Shown: positions 11,369 through 24,420 of the stretch, piece after piece
Layout of the letters: each line of letters opens with the position of its first letter
How positions within the stretch are numbered: position 1 is the stretch's first letter
Source: Sphagnum compactum
Lineage: Eukaryota
Direction: 5' to 3'
Assembly (NCBI GenBank): GCA_965153455.1
Contig: OZ234493.1
Span: 15,366,213-15,430,212 of the forward strand
DNA length: 64,000 nt
The notes under the pieces: generated by a model
Seen by the model: only the letters and a program-made list of their open reading frames with translations
Databases searched by the model: none
What the model was told of the DNA's origin: nothing
Made by a program: the position numbers and the translations under genes

Positions 11369-12308
11369 GCCGTGGAGTCCCAAGCTGAAGAACACAAGAT
11401 ACAAGATGTTACCAAGGGGGATGGTTCTGACCTCATCTCTCTAACTAACCTTCTTCAAGACAGTACTATGGCATGTTTGCAGACCAGAAACCTGCCACTC
11501 TGGAACCTCACAATTTCCAATTCTGAATCTGACATGCAAACTCCTTGGCTGCCTAAGTCTCCTGTTCATCTTTCTCATCTGCAGTACTTGTTGCCCAGAA
11601 GATTCAAAGGGACAATATGACAGTGACCCTTGAAAATGCTAACCAGATAGATATATCATATCCCATGATGCCCATCATGCAGCAAGAGAGTCAATTCATG
11701 TAGTCACAGAATTATACCTGGACAGGCTTAAATAAGAAACCAAAAACAACAAGAGATCTATGATGGAAACCATCAATCAAAGGACGGTGTCCTAGCTTGT
11801 ACCATATGATTGTCTATGTACCATCAGAGATTCAGTTCTCTTTGAAGGACAGAAAACAAGATTAAACCTGGTGCAGGTTGTGTCATGAGCAAGCTAACTT
11901 GGGTCATGAAATAACTTGATCCATACATTGTCCTCCACATGTCAAGTACTCATTCCATCCATCAAGAAAAACTCTTCTAGCTCAGAAATGGAGCACAATG
12001 TCTCTATGTACATTGAGCTCCAGATGCAGAAAAAACCCTAGAGCATTATTACCTTCTGCCCATATTACCTTGCAAAATACTTCCGAGCAGCTTACACTTC
12101 AAGGGTTTGGTTTAAACTGAGACCAACAGAAAGATGTAGCTCCTCTAAATAGTGTTCTTGTGTTAGCCACAAGAACAAGCACCGTCACCCATTGACAATA
12201 CCTCATGATCCCTACTGTGGGTGGGACGTAGTTGCTCTGGTCATGCACTGGAGGCAAATTCTCAAAACATTCACATACGACATTCTTATTTAAGCTTTGC
12301 AATGCAAT

Positions 12309-12515
12309 CTAGTTGTGATTGCAAAGGGTGTGAACGTCCCCTGTACTCATGAGGGAGCTTGAGGTACATAAGGGGGAGAAGAAGGAAACCTCTAGATCAT
12401 CGTCTTCAGCGTATGGATCCATTACAGAACTATATTGCTCATAGTTAAGGCATGCTTCCGCCAGGCACTCCGCGGTCACCTCGTACCGAAACAGAAGCTC
12501 GCTCACCCCTGACAT
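12309..12515 (-). other. Candidate peptide-coding uORF or upstream coding exon of the CCT gene (68 aa)
   Basis: MSGVSELLFRYEVTAECLAEACLNYEQYSSVMDPYAEDDDLEVSFFSPL...; CpG retained; possible donor GAG|GTTTCC at 12390/12389. Confidence 0.45.
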
Positions 12516-14099
12516 CGAGAAGAAGCAGAAAAAGAGAAGTCTCGTGAGGAGCACGCGCTGCTAATTTCTTCTGTGGATATATATATATCGCTGCTCAGAC
12601 TCTACTACCGCGTACTTTCTCAGACATAAAATGCACTCTCCTCCTTGAAGCTGCACCTTGGAGGATCTTGCTTCAGAATGGCGGCCATTCCCAGCAGCAG
12701 CAGCTTGTCACCAACACAATTGAGTCTAAACCTGGCAAAGAATCCCAAGAGCCCTTTTAGCAAAGCTCTTGAACTACTTGAAGAAGAACATCACAACGTC
12801 GTCCCCAGGCAACCATGACTATGGAACCGCTGCAAGAGAAGGACCGAAACGCAGCGTGTCCCAGACCTTCCAAGAACCATTCAACAAGAAGGAAATCATA
12901 CAAGACACACGGACTTCGACAAACGACTTGCATGCAGCGGCAAGAAAACAGAGCACGACGCAATAGCTAGCAGCAGCTTCTGAAGGAGGTTTTGCTCTGG
13001 AACAAATCAAGAAAGAAAGAAAGAGCATGCGCTCAGATGCTCAAGCCGGCCAGTTAGAGAGCTATCTCCTATACAACAACAGTTCAACGAAATCGCGGAA
13101 ACTAGACAACAACAAATGTCCAAGGACTGAAGACAATTGTTCAGACGACGACGCCTGATCGACTCTCTTCTCCTGCGATGACCCGATGATCACACTTAAA
13201 CTGTGGCCTGACGGACGGATTATGAACATTCGAAGAGACGTCTCCAGGAAGAACTACGAAATCACGAATCTGCTGCAGGCGGAAGTGCAGAGGAGTCTAC
13301 AACACATGCACGTCTCTCACTGCCTGAAGAAATCGAGAACGATCGATCTTCGACAAGTCAGGCAGGCACACTTTCGCTTGGATCTCCCTGCGTCTCCTCA
13401 TTCTAGATACACTACTACTAAACCTTTTTCCGAGTCGTGCTCTAGTCCTCGTTCTTCTTTTTCTTCTTCTTCTTCTCTCTCTTCATCTTCCTCTTTTCTC
13501 TTCCGAGCTTTCCAACTTTTGTTTCGACAACAAATCAATAAGACCAAACGCTAGTGAAAAGCAACCTTGCAGACAGACTGTTGGAAACATTTTTCTACAG
13601 ATCGGAAGTAGGAAATGCTCCCTCCTCTTATCTCCTCTTGAGGCTACTAGAGAAACAAAGCTGCCCTGTAATACTGCCGAGATTTCAGCAAGTCACAGAT
13701 CAATTCTGCACACCATGCTACGCAACAAGAATGCGAACAGAAGAATTTACAACTACCGAAGCTCTAAACAAAAACCTCGTACATTCTTCGATTCTCCAGC
13801 TCCTTGCAACGCACCTACCTAGACGTCTGGGCTCATCCTCCGCACTGGACTGCTCCTAGTTTCAGATCACAGTCAGTCAGCACCAGCCAGCCAGGCACAC
13901 TACACCACAAGAGAAGCCGCAGCAGCTCGCAGTACGGGGACATAGAATCCGAGCAATTCCACAGACCAGAAACAAAACCAGAAGGAACCGTGATGGCAAC
14001 CAAAACTCATTTCCATCTTCCTCAAGAAGAAACCTTCCAAAAAAAACCAACCACTGACTCCCTCAAGAAAACCAAGGAAATGCACACGAGAGATATCAG

Positions 14100-14480
14100 C
14101 TCTCTGCAGTGACGCAATATATGAATTCCGGGGGCGCGTCTTATTATAGTCTCTCCCCGGAACAGTACCATGAAAAAGCCTTATAAAAACAACAAATCGA
14201 GCGAAATAAAAAAGTGAAATTCACCTCACGAAGCTCAGAAACCAAACCCGGCACAGAATGGAGGCAAATCGGGCAGCAAAACACTGAAAAAATCAGTCGA
14301 TCGAGAGCGAAATGAGCGCAAAGCTCCGCATCACACTCGCTCGCTCGCGCGCTCTCTTCCCTCTTTCTCTCTCTCTCTCTCGCTACGGCGCTGCTTCCTT
14401 TCTTCCTGGCTTCTGCAGTGAACCGGGTCACCCGGGAAATACCCGGGTTCACGACCATGTAGCCAGCCACCTTTTTGTTA
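14100..14480 (-). promoter_or_regulatory. Probable promoter of the CCT gene
   Basis: CpG-rich tract with a TATA-like ctataataa on the minus strand near 14141-14149, a (CT)n tract at about 14365-14381 and an imperfect palindrome at 14418-14451. Confidence 0.5.
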
Positions 14481-16158
14481 CCGTCTTTACTTTTTCTTCA
14501 TTTTAGCCTACACTGAAATTTTAACTTTTTACAACGCTACACATAAAAGAAAACTTTTTCTTAACCCACACGCGCACTCCGTTTTTTATTTGTATTTGTG
14601 TGTGTGTGCAAGGTTTCGCCAAAATGCGAAAACATTAAAATAAAAAAGGAATAATATGTCAAAATATTCCCATTTGTTTTTTTGTAAAACTCGCCATACT
14701 TGCACACATTGTTTTTATTCATTCATTCATTCATTCGTTATTTATTTATTATTATTTCTTTTGGAGAACAAATGGGAGAAATGCAGAGCAGAAAGAAACC
14801 CATTGGTTTAACTTTGTTTTTAAACCACCCAACCGGCACTTTTTCTTTCTGTACAAATTTTGTTTGTTTTTAAGCATGATGTATTGGATTAACTTTTTTA
14901 CCCCTGCCATCTTTGACTATTATTATTGATGGAGCACAACACTGTGCCATGCAAATGGGCCAATTGGGTGATATTTGAGAAAAAGGCCAAAAGGCCAAAA
15001 GGTTTAAAAAGAGCAGCAGTTATACTTACTTGTCAGGTGCCACTCCCCACTCCCCCATGCATCAGAGCTGACCCAGCTTTAACTATAGTATATATCTCCT
15101 ATACGTCAAAGTGGGTGCCACAGTTAAAAAAACTCAACAAGTTACCTCAATGATAAAAAGTGGTTAGGTTAGGTAGGTAGGTACCACCCAGAGTTTGTTT
15201 CTCTTTGGGATTTAAAAAAAATAAATAAATTTCACAACTTCGTTTCTTTTACCTATGTCTACTTCTTTAGGTCATCAAAGGTGTATATATATTTGTTTTG
15301 GTGGTCTAGGCTTTGAAGATTGATTATGACCGTTGGATTTGTAAATTTCATTCAACACAAATTGAATCCAAAGCTCTTCAGTTTGTTTGTTGGCTCTTCT
15401 GCCCTTTACCTTAAGTGTAGAGAGAGAGACATTGGGCTGCGCACCCAAAAAAAGGCCAAAGTTCCGTGTCCCTACAGTCTAGGGTCATGTGGAGTCCCAC
15501 CACTATTGCAATATTAACTGAAAGATCTACTTGGGCTGTTGCTACTCACAATGTGTTTCCAATTCAGTTTGTTGAACATTTATCATCCTTATGGATGTCA
15601 TTTAAAGTGTAGCCATTATATGACAAGTTGCTTGTTGTTGTTACTATTATTATTAAGTATTTTCTGTTAAAGATTTTGGATTAAAAATCCAAATGATTTG
15701 GATCAATTTGGTACTCTCACATGTCACGTATTTTTAAATGTTTTGGGTTGCATCATTCCCCAATGTGCTAATCAATAGAAGAACTGAACACAAAACATGA
15801 AGGACAACTTAGAATACTAAAAAAACTAGGCAAAAAGGGAAACAGTTGGGGGCATGTGCTTGAGAGTGTAAGCAACAACCCACCCAAGATATTCTTAATA
15901 CGTTATGCAAATGATGAGCAACCAAGTCTTCTTTATTCTTTGGAAAAAAATAAAAATAAATCATAAGAGAAGTGAAAGTAACTCAACTATATTACAAGTA
16001 CCGAAATCTATGGGAGTCCCTAATTTGATTTTCTAATAATCAATTACCACTTTCCAAAATAAGCTACTCAATGTTCCTTTTACTAGAAAATATTTGTTGA
16101 TTTGGGTCAAATGGGTTGTCACCTAGGGGCTCCAATCCCCATGTTCATTTCACTATTA

Positions 16159-16615
16159 TTAGTTTGGCCTGTGCCATTGGCCCAAGTGTTACCACATCCT
16201 CAACTGATTTTTTCCTTCCAAAACAACCTGGTTTTTTGGAATTTATTTGAATTTTTTCAGCAGCAGAAATCAGTTAAAAATCAATATCTCCCACATTCTG
16301 AATCCAAATCTTACCAAATAAATTCCATTAAATCCTGCTCATCAAGATCTTTCCAACAACTCCAAAGGCACGTTCCAATTCCTTCAAAATTTTCAGCTAC
16401 AATTTAATTTTATTTTCAATGAAGAAATCATTTAATATTCAAGATCTTTTGCACCACAAGTCCAAACGTCATGGAACCAAACCCATGCACCCCTCCTTGT
16501 CTAGAGCTTTCCAAAGACACCAAGAACAAACATGATTTGAAGCATCCCAGTTCAGTGGATCTCATAACTACAATACAAAACAAAACAAAACAAACTACCT
16601 TGCTTCATAGATAGA
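16159..16615 (-). mobile_element. Short non-autonomous Helitron-like element
   Basis: Minus strand begins A|TCTATCTATG and ends ggccaatggcacaggcc-aaa-CTAA|T: TC...CTRR termini, AT target, subterminal imperfect hairpin, no TSD. Confidence 0.55.
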
Positions 16616-18599
16616 TGTCAACTATGGGTGAATAAATTTTTAACTTGACATTTTTCACAAAAAGATTTGTTGGATGAAATGGCCAACTAAACAAGCATAT
16701 TCTTTGAAAGATAAGATGGGTTTCATCCATGAAAATAGTGTGCTTTTGCACCCACTTGCTTGCTTCCTACTTCTTTAAGGCTTTAGTTGTTACCTTGGTA
16801 TGCTCCTAATTGTGGGTTAATAGTTAATACTCATGGTGTGGTTGGAAGCTTACTACAATGTTTTGTGTCCATATAATTAATTGCCTTTTTTGTCACCTTA
16901 TCTTGATGACATTATGTGGACAAGGAAACCCATCTGCACTCTAATCAATGGGGAAAGAGTTTGATGTAAAGGGAGGACACTTTATTAGGAGAAAAGCACT
17001 ATTACAAACAAAGGTGTGGAATGGAAAACAAGGGGATTCTTTCATTAGTGTTATGTTATTTTAATTACTAAGTGCCAAAGTTCTAATATCAAGGGGCTCA
17101 GAATAGAGATCATAATTCAACTACCAACAACATCAAGTGAGGAAGTGATACCTCCATTTTGTGTTTTGCAAAAGTTTTTTTTTTTTTTTGTTGTTGTTGT
17201 TGTTGTGATATGATTGAATTAAAAATTGAGTTGTTTTTAAAAAAGAGTTGCTTGGCAAATTGATTTATATAGAGATATAGGGGTGTGGCAGTTGAAGGGA
17301 AGGTTGGAAAGACGGTTGGGAAAAGGAGACGGGTACAATTCACCTGACCAATTTGGCACAACAAAAAAAAAGGAATGCATCTTGGGAGTTTATAGGTTTA
17401 GAGTGGCGGCCATGCAACAATGTGCTCAGCTGACTAAGCAAAGTCACAAAGGATGGGTAGGTGGAAGCGGGTGGAGGCGGACATCCAAATTTTCCTTGTC
17501 AAGTGCTTTGTTTAGGATGGGTGCTCTTTGCTCAAGTGATGTTGCTCTCTCTTACATGCAAGCACAAGACCCATGTGCTAAGTTCCTTCCAAAAAAATTT
17601 ACTCAATGTTTTTGGGCCGTTTGAATTGGTTGTATATTCAATTTGCCCATTTTGAAGAACAAAAATATGTGCAACTTCCATAGAAATATGGGTCTAGTGA
17701 CACCACATTTGTGTCTAGGGGGTTTGAATTATGGTAAGATTTCAAGGGCCCATCGCAAGCAATACATGCCGTGTTGTAGCGGAGATTCTAGGGTTGGTTT
17801 TGATGGAGATATTGGAGAAGAAAAGTATGGTAGTTTGTTTCGTGTTCCAACTTGCAAGTTGGTATTATTACATGGGGCTAAGGGAAGAGCCGCTTTCCAC
17901 GTGCTTCCACTTGTCACCCCCTCAACTAAATGGGACACTTATCCCATAATGGGGTTTTGCCTACACTTACACTTAGTCAAATCTAATCCTATGTACATAT
18001 TTGTATTCCACAAATCCAAACTCCAAACCCCTTTTGTTATAATAATAAACATACTTCAAAGGTTCACACCCATGAATTATAACCCAAATTCCAAATTGTT
18101 GTTCTACAGAAAAATAACTAGGTGCAGGACCCCATTATTCAAGGGTCTTGGAAGTTTGGCAATTAAGCAATACATTTTGTGAAGTAAACTTGCTTAATTA
18201 ATTCACAAATGAGCTTTGTAGTAGGCTGGTAGATGGGCGGGGAAAATATTAAATAGGCAAAAAAAAAAAAAAAAAAAAACCACCATTAGAATACTGCTGC
18301 CACTGCACTGACTCAGCATGTTTTGCCCCCTCACCCCCCACCCCCAACTTTTTCATCCTTTCCCCTTCATGGTCCCAATGGTCTTGTCTTGGTAACCCCC
18401 GCATCATCATGTTATGCCGAATTTGTAACGTGCCATACCATCCTCATCCTCGTGGAAGGCATGTAAACAACCCAAGGATGTTCCTCCCATTGGGGTTTAT
18501 GTTTCCAGCATTTTTGGCGTGTGTTTTGTCATTTTTTATTTTTTTTTGTTGGGGTCTTGTTGCACGTTTGATCCTTTGGGTTTTTTAGTAGAGTTTTAA

Positions 18600-19700
18600 T
18601 GTTGTTGGCAAGTTCAGTGTAATAGTTTTTCTAACTTCAATTGTTGTGGATTTGGTGGGTGCTTTTTTTGGAAACACAAATTTGACATGAAAGTTTTAAT
18701 TTTGTTCGTAAGCTCATTCAAGTCTGGTTATTGTGCAGTTGTTCACTTTGAACTTGGATCGCATCAATAAAAGTGTTTGGGAGAATATGAAGTGCATTGG
18801 GTCTTTGCTAGAACTTGAAGATAATGTTTTTGTCAATGATACGTTCTACACGCCTCCTAGTAATATGTCAAAGGCCATTTCTATAGAAATTGAAAATCAC
18901 ATGAACATCAATTGTGGTAGAAAGCATTCATGTATTATGCTAGATTATCAAGATTATTGATCAAATTTTGTATCTTGGACCTTCTTGGTGTGCTCCATTT
19001 TGATGCACCTTGAAATATGTGGAAAAGTATAAAAAATGATTATCATGCAACAAGATACCTTGCCCTATGCTTTGTTGTCCACACAAGTATTCACATTCAT
19101 GAAAATGTAGCATTAAGGTTTTCCTTGAAATGTTTTTGAGTTTTGTGTTGTATAGGTTAGGCAATCAAACGTTATTTTTTCATGCCAAAATCTTGTTCAA
19201 ATTTATTGCCAATGAATCATTGATCATGTTTGGTAATCATTAAGGTTTGTTTGGATGTAGTTTTACATCATGTGGTTCATATTCAAATATAACCTTTGTT
19301 TTTGTTTTTTGTTGTGGATTCAAATTGATATGTAGCATTTTGGGGCTACATGACACAAAAGTTCATGTAAAGATTTAGATGCGAAGCCACTTTTTAAAGG
19401 TTAATACATTTGAGTATCATGTTGTAACTAGACAACACTTGCATGTATTATAGGCCTCCCTTGGTTGGGCTTTGAAATTATGTTGTTAAATGTTGCACAC
19501 ATGGGTCCCATAATTGTGAACTACATAGTGAAATATGGTTTTGAACTAATTTAAAACTTAGGTTAGATGCGTGCCTTTATAAAATGACCTTGGACAAAAT
19601 GGATTGCGCTCCCACTCCTCTACCTTTCTACAAACAATTCGCAATAATTCACTAAGTGCTTGGAAGAACCTAATGTAATATGACTTGAACTCTCCTATGA
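18600..19700 (+). mobile_element. Highly decayed transposase-like remnant (possibly MULE/SWIM)
   Basis: CpG-depleted, coding-like texture; residual GWAL..LCC..V segment near 19460-19500 resembles a SWIM finger. Boundaries approximate. Confidence 0.25.
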
Positions 19701-22700
19701 CAATATGACATATTATTCGTGTGCAATAAACTTGGTGGTCATTGTTTCAAGCTTGTGCAACAATGTAGATGGTGCTTGAAGCTTGTAGATTGATGGAGAC
19801 TATTACATTGCATTAGGGTTAAGGATCAAAGATGATGGATTTGGTGATTGTCTTGATTGGCACAAATAGGGTTTGAAATCCTTGTAGTTATGTGACCAGC
19901 TCCTGGGATGAAATGACATGCAATGGTCAAAATCTTCAGCTCATGGATGACATGGCATGGCATTGTGCACTATGTGGGATGTCTTTGGTAACATGCTTAC
20001 ATGACAATTATGCGAACCGGAATCACTAAATCAAGTAGGGGTGTGTCTATCAGTATGATATGTAATATTGAACAATTACACATCAATCCTTCTTCACAAA
20101 CTTTTGCATGATTGGGGACTTTATAATGTACCATCCCAGACAAACAAAATCAATACAACCCAAACTTCCAACAATTTCATGAGGGTATATCCATCACCAA
20201 TCCCAAGCCTTCTTCATTGGGCAACAATTTTTTTCAATCAAAAAATCCAAATATATGAACAACAACAAACACCACACCCAGAACAGAACATCAACACTAG
20301 TTTGGAGCTGGTGCAAAGACTTGCTGCTTCATTTTGGGTGCTGATTCCACAAATCTTTGCAGTTAATGTTGTGAGATCACACATCCCAAGGTCAGTTTCA
20401 GTCTAGAGTGCTTCAACAAGCAACAACCAAAATATGATAAACTTTCAAACCCAGAATACTAGGTAAGCAAATTGTAGAATTATTTAATTCTCTCCTTCCA
20501 CACACAAAATTCTTTGATGAAAGAATACTAAAGTAAAATTTCTTTGATTAAAAAATTATTATTATTATTGAGATAAACTTTAGGAAAGATTGAGATTTAA
20601 ATGAGTTACCAAAAGGACATGTGTGAATTCAGATATGAACCTTGAGATGGTACTTGAGAAGATGACAAGGACTGACAAAAACTTGCAATGGGTACTACAC
20701 TCTACAACCCCTCACACAATTTTAGGGCCTGGAATTGTCAGGCACCAGTTTGGACTTTGGACCCATACTCAAAAAAATTTGCATTTGTCAATCAACTTTC
20801 CATTTGTCAACCACCCAATACAACTTGGTAGATACTTTACCATATTATATACAATGTTGTTACAATATAGCCTAGTATAGACAATGTTCTTACAATCTAC
20901 CCCTTCATCCTAGGCCCCTTCATTGGGGAATGACCCCACCTCCCCAAAACCCTAGGGCTTTACCCTACACATAATACAACAATGTCATCATTATTGGATG
21001 ATGGAAACTGGGTGAAAATGTAAACAATTTTTCACTCTTTGAAGGTACAGCACATTTTCATGCAAAATGTGAACAATATTTCTTTGTCGAGGGTACACCA
21101 TTCATTCACTCACAAATAGCAAAGAAACACTCTACAAACGCTTTCAAAGATGGCCCAAGAGCTTCTCATGTAATGGAAATGAAGAGGTGGTGGATGTAAG
21201 TAGCGAAGTCGCACAAGATGGATCCATCAAATTTGAGGTCCAAGGAAACCCAACAATTCACTCAATATAGAGAGGCCAACACGGACTTATACCTTTGGGG
21301 AGGTCGAGATTCAAGTACTTTTTTAGAGTTGATGAAAAGGCCACCATGTACATGACTATAGGTATGGCAAAGAGAAGTACTTTTCTATACTTTATAGAGG
21401 CTAACAAGTACCTTACATTTATGGCGAAGGCAAGTACTTTCCCTTCGTCTAGGGGGAAAGTACTTACCTACCGTATTTGGGTAGAGTTTTAATCATGTAA
21501 TCATATGTCAACCCTAGTTAATGTAAAAGGGGTTTTCCAAGCTTTGTATTGGAATTTTGCAAAGTTTTAATTTTGAAAAGATTCATAAAATTCAACCAAA
21601 TACTTTCCAAAGATAATTTACTTTATTTATTTATTTTGAAGTTTCCACAAAAAATTTGTGGAAGGCATTATTCCAATTTCTCCAAGTCATTAATTTGTGT
21701 GTAAGCACCTTGCACCCATAGCCAACACACTACACAACCTTTATCATTTTTGCATAATACTTGTTACTGTTTTTGGCATGGTAACAAAGAAAATAATAAC
21801 TTCATTTGTCTTTTAAGTTGCCCCAACTCACATTCAAATTCAATTTTTTTTTTGCCTCTTATATTTTTATGTGATAGATTTTCAAGACCCACAATTAGTT
21901 TTTTACAAACATAATTACAATAGTTTTTGTTGCTAATATAGATTGCAAGAGAGAGAAAAATTATGTGTGTGCAGTTTTTTTTTCTTTTTTAACAAGTATG
22001 TGTAGGTCAAAATGTTATTCCAAATGGCTACAACATTATTATCAACATTATTAGTTAAACCAAAAACAAAAAATCTTATATTTTTTGCTAGTGGATTTTC
22101 AAAACCTAAAATTAGGTTTTTAAAAAGAAAATTACAACATTTTTGCTAAAATAAAATTGCAAGAGATAGAGGATAACGTGTTTGTAATTTTTTTAAAAAC
22201 CAAAATTAAAAAATCTCAAAACAAAAAAACTGTACCAACTAAAAAATGAAAAATGTTTAAAACAAAATGAAACGCCAAAAAAGGCTCAGGAAAAGATGCC
22301 CTCCGGGTCCACACCTTAACCCAAACCTCCCTTTTCAATGAAGGAAAAAAGTGCGAGTTAAAAGTCTCTGACCCTGTGCTTCCTCGGGTCACTCACAAAG
22401 GCCCACCATTCATTCAAGTACAGGGATGGAAAATCTTCATTGGAACAATATCCAAAAAAAAAACGGGATGAATATTGAATACCACTTTCATTCACTTTCA
22501 AAAATTGAATTATCCCTTAATTCATTAAAATAATTCCTAAACAGTTATATCTATAATTTTCACCCCATTTGGACTCAGATTTTGGTTTGGTTGCATTTTT
22601 TTAAAGCAGCTTTTTCTTTTTTTTTAAATTTTATTTATTTATTTTATTTAGGTTCTAGGAGCATGTTGCCATTTAATCCTGAATCCCTCACTACTAATTC

Positions 22701-24019
22701 ACAATGCTAGAAAAATTGAAAAAAAAAATGTATTGTTCCAAAAAAATAGTTTCAGTTTGTTTTAGTTTATTGAGAAAAAAACATCGGAATCTTGAAATCC
22801 CGGCACAATATTTTAGGGTGGACCCAATTAATTTAAACCAATTTTTAAAAGAATTTAATGGGTTACAGCGACAAGATACGAATTCTGCAACATATGGCCA
22901 AACATTTGCAACTTTTGATGATTGTGGAGTTGTACTTAAAGCCTGAAAAAAATCTCTTGTTCTTGGCCAAGCTAAGATGAGCAAGTATTGGAGTATGGAA
23001 AGTATACAACCCTAAACCCTAAACCTCAAGGAGTTGATGCTCAGGTTGTACGTCGTATATATGTTGGGACAAATTTTTTTAAAAGAAAGTTTCATATCAT
23101 TTTGAAGGCATGATAAAAAGATGCATTCTCAATTGTATGAAACTTGAAGGGTTTTTTTTTGGGGGGGGGGAAGAGAGGGGAGAAGATTTTTGCCACTTGG
23201 AAACCTTAAAAAATCCAGTACAAAGGAATTTTCTGGAAAAAAAAAATCACCAAAGTTTGCCTAGGTTTAGGGTTTAGGTTTAGGTTCCAGCAAATTCTTT
23301 AACAAATTTGATAAATTTGACAAATTTAATAAAGACAAAATTTGATAAGCAAATTTGATTTAACATCCATATGTATTTTCAAAATTAGGAAAATAAATAC
23401 ATCACAAGGCATTATAAAACTATCAATAAAGTTGACGTATTAGGAGTAAGTGGAATTGAATTATTTATCGACCAATTTTTTAATGAAGTTTTTCCTTCTT
23501 TTTTTGGTTAACTCACAAGTAAAATCTTAATTTTAAAATAATAAAATATGCTCTCATACATATTTTTAAATTATATACAACTATTTCATGGCTCCATCCA
23601 CAAAGATGAATTTTGATCAGAAATTCATTCAATAAATTTCTCGAACTTTAGAAAATAAAAAAATTAGAAGACATCATAAAACTCTCATAAAGCATTACAT
23701 AATTAAGAGTAATTACAATTGAATTATTTATCACCTAATTTCAAAAATACTAATAATATCCCTTCTTTTTGGTGGTAAACTCAAAAGTAAAACCCTAATT
23801 TTTGAATCATAAATATTCTTGTGTATATAATTTCTCTTATACATAATATTTCATAAGTCTGCTCACAAGCTGAAATTTAATTTAAAACCCATCAAAATTA
23901 TTTTCCAAAATTGGAAAAATTAATTAATGAACTGCAAAGAATTATAAAAATATCATAAAATATTAAACTAGAATTAAGTGCTGAACTGCATTAAAATTTT
24001 AAATTGTCAGTTTTTAATA

Positions 24020-24420
24020 GATCTTCACCGTCCGATTAAACAGAAAGGGACAATCTCAGCCGTCCACGTCATGTAGAATCAAAGAGGATTTGGAATCCCG
24101 GGGCTCGGAACGAAACGTCCACGTGCCAAGGGATGCGATTGTCGGAGGTGTGGGCACAAAAATGTTAGCCGTCGATGGGACTCGAGGAGCTGGCGGTACG
24201 TACAAAGATTCCCTAGGGAATCGGTGACACGTACGGCGTGATTCTCCAAAAGGCGACATTGTAGGGTACCTACCGTAGGCTATTGCTACGGAGATTCCGT
24301 ACTTTCTGTATTTCGCCATTATATTTCTGTATTTACGCCCCTAGGATCGCCATTATGTAACGATTCCCAAATCCTATGGTTTTGCCAAACTGCATGTACA
24401 TGCAACGCGCAGGGGCACAG
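24020..24420. promoter_or_regulatory. CpG-rich putative cis-regulatory island
   Basis: GC/CpG-rich block in very AT-rich flanks with CACGT cores, GTAC motifs, seven GATTC/GAATC sites and short palindromes. Confidence 0.45.

Noticed and set aside
17643-18182. 179-aa ORF
   Set aside because: No recognisable domain beyond a faint RNase H-like FDG; more likely a decayed retroelement fragment.
22281-22302. miR390-like sequence suggesting a TAS3 locus
   Set aside because: Only gctcagga matches; the remainder diverges and no second convincing site was found.
23008-23285. Inverted telomere-like repeats (ccctaaa and tttaggg)
   Set aside because: Only two to three degenerate units each; such telobox-like runs are common and do not indicate a fusion site.
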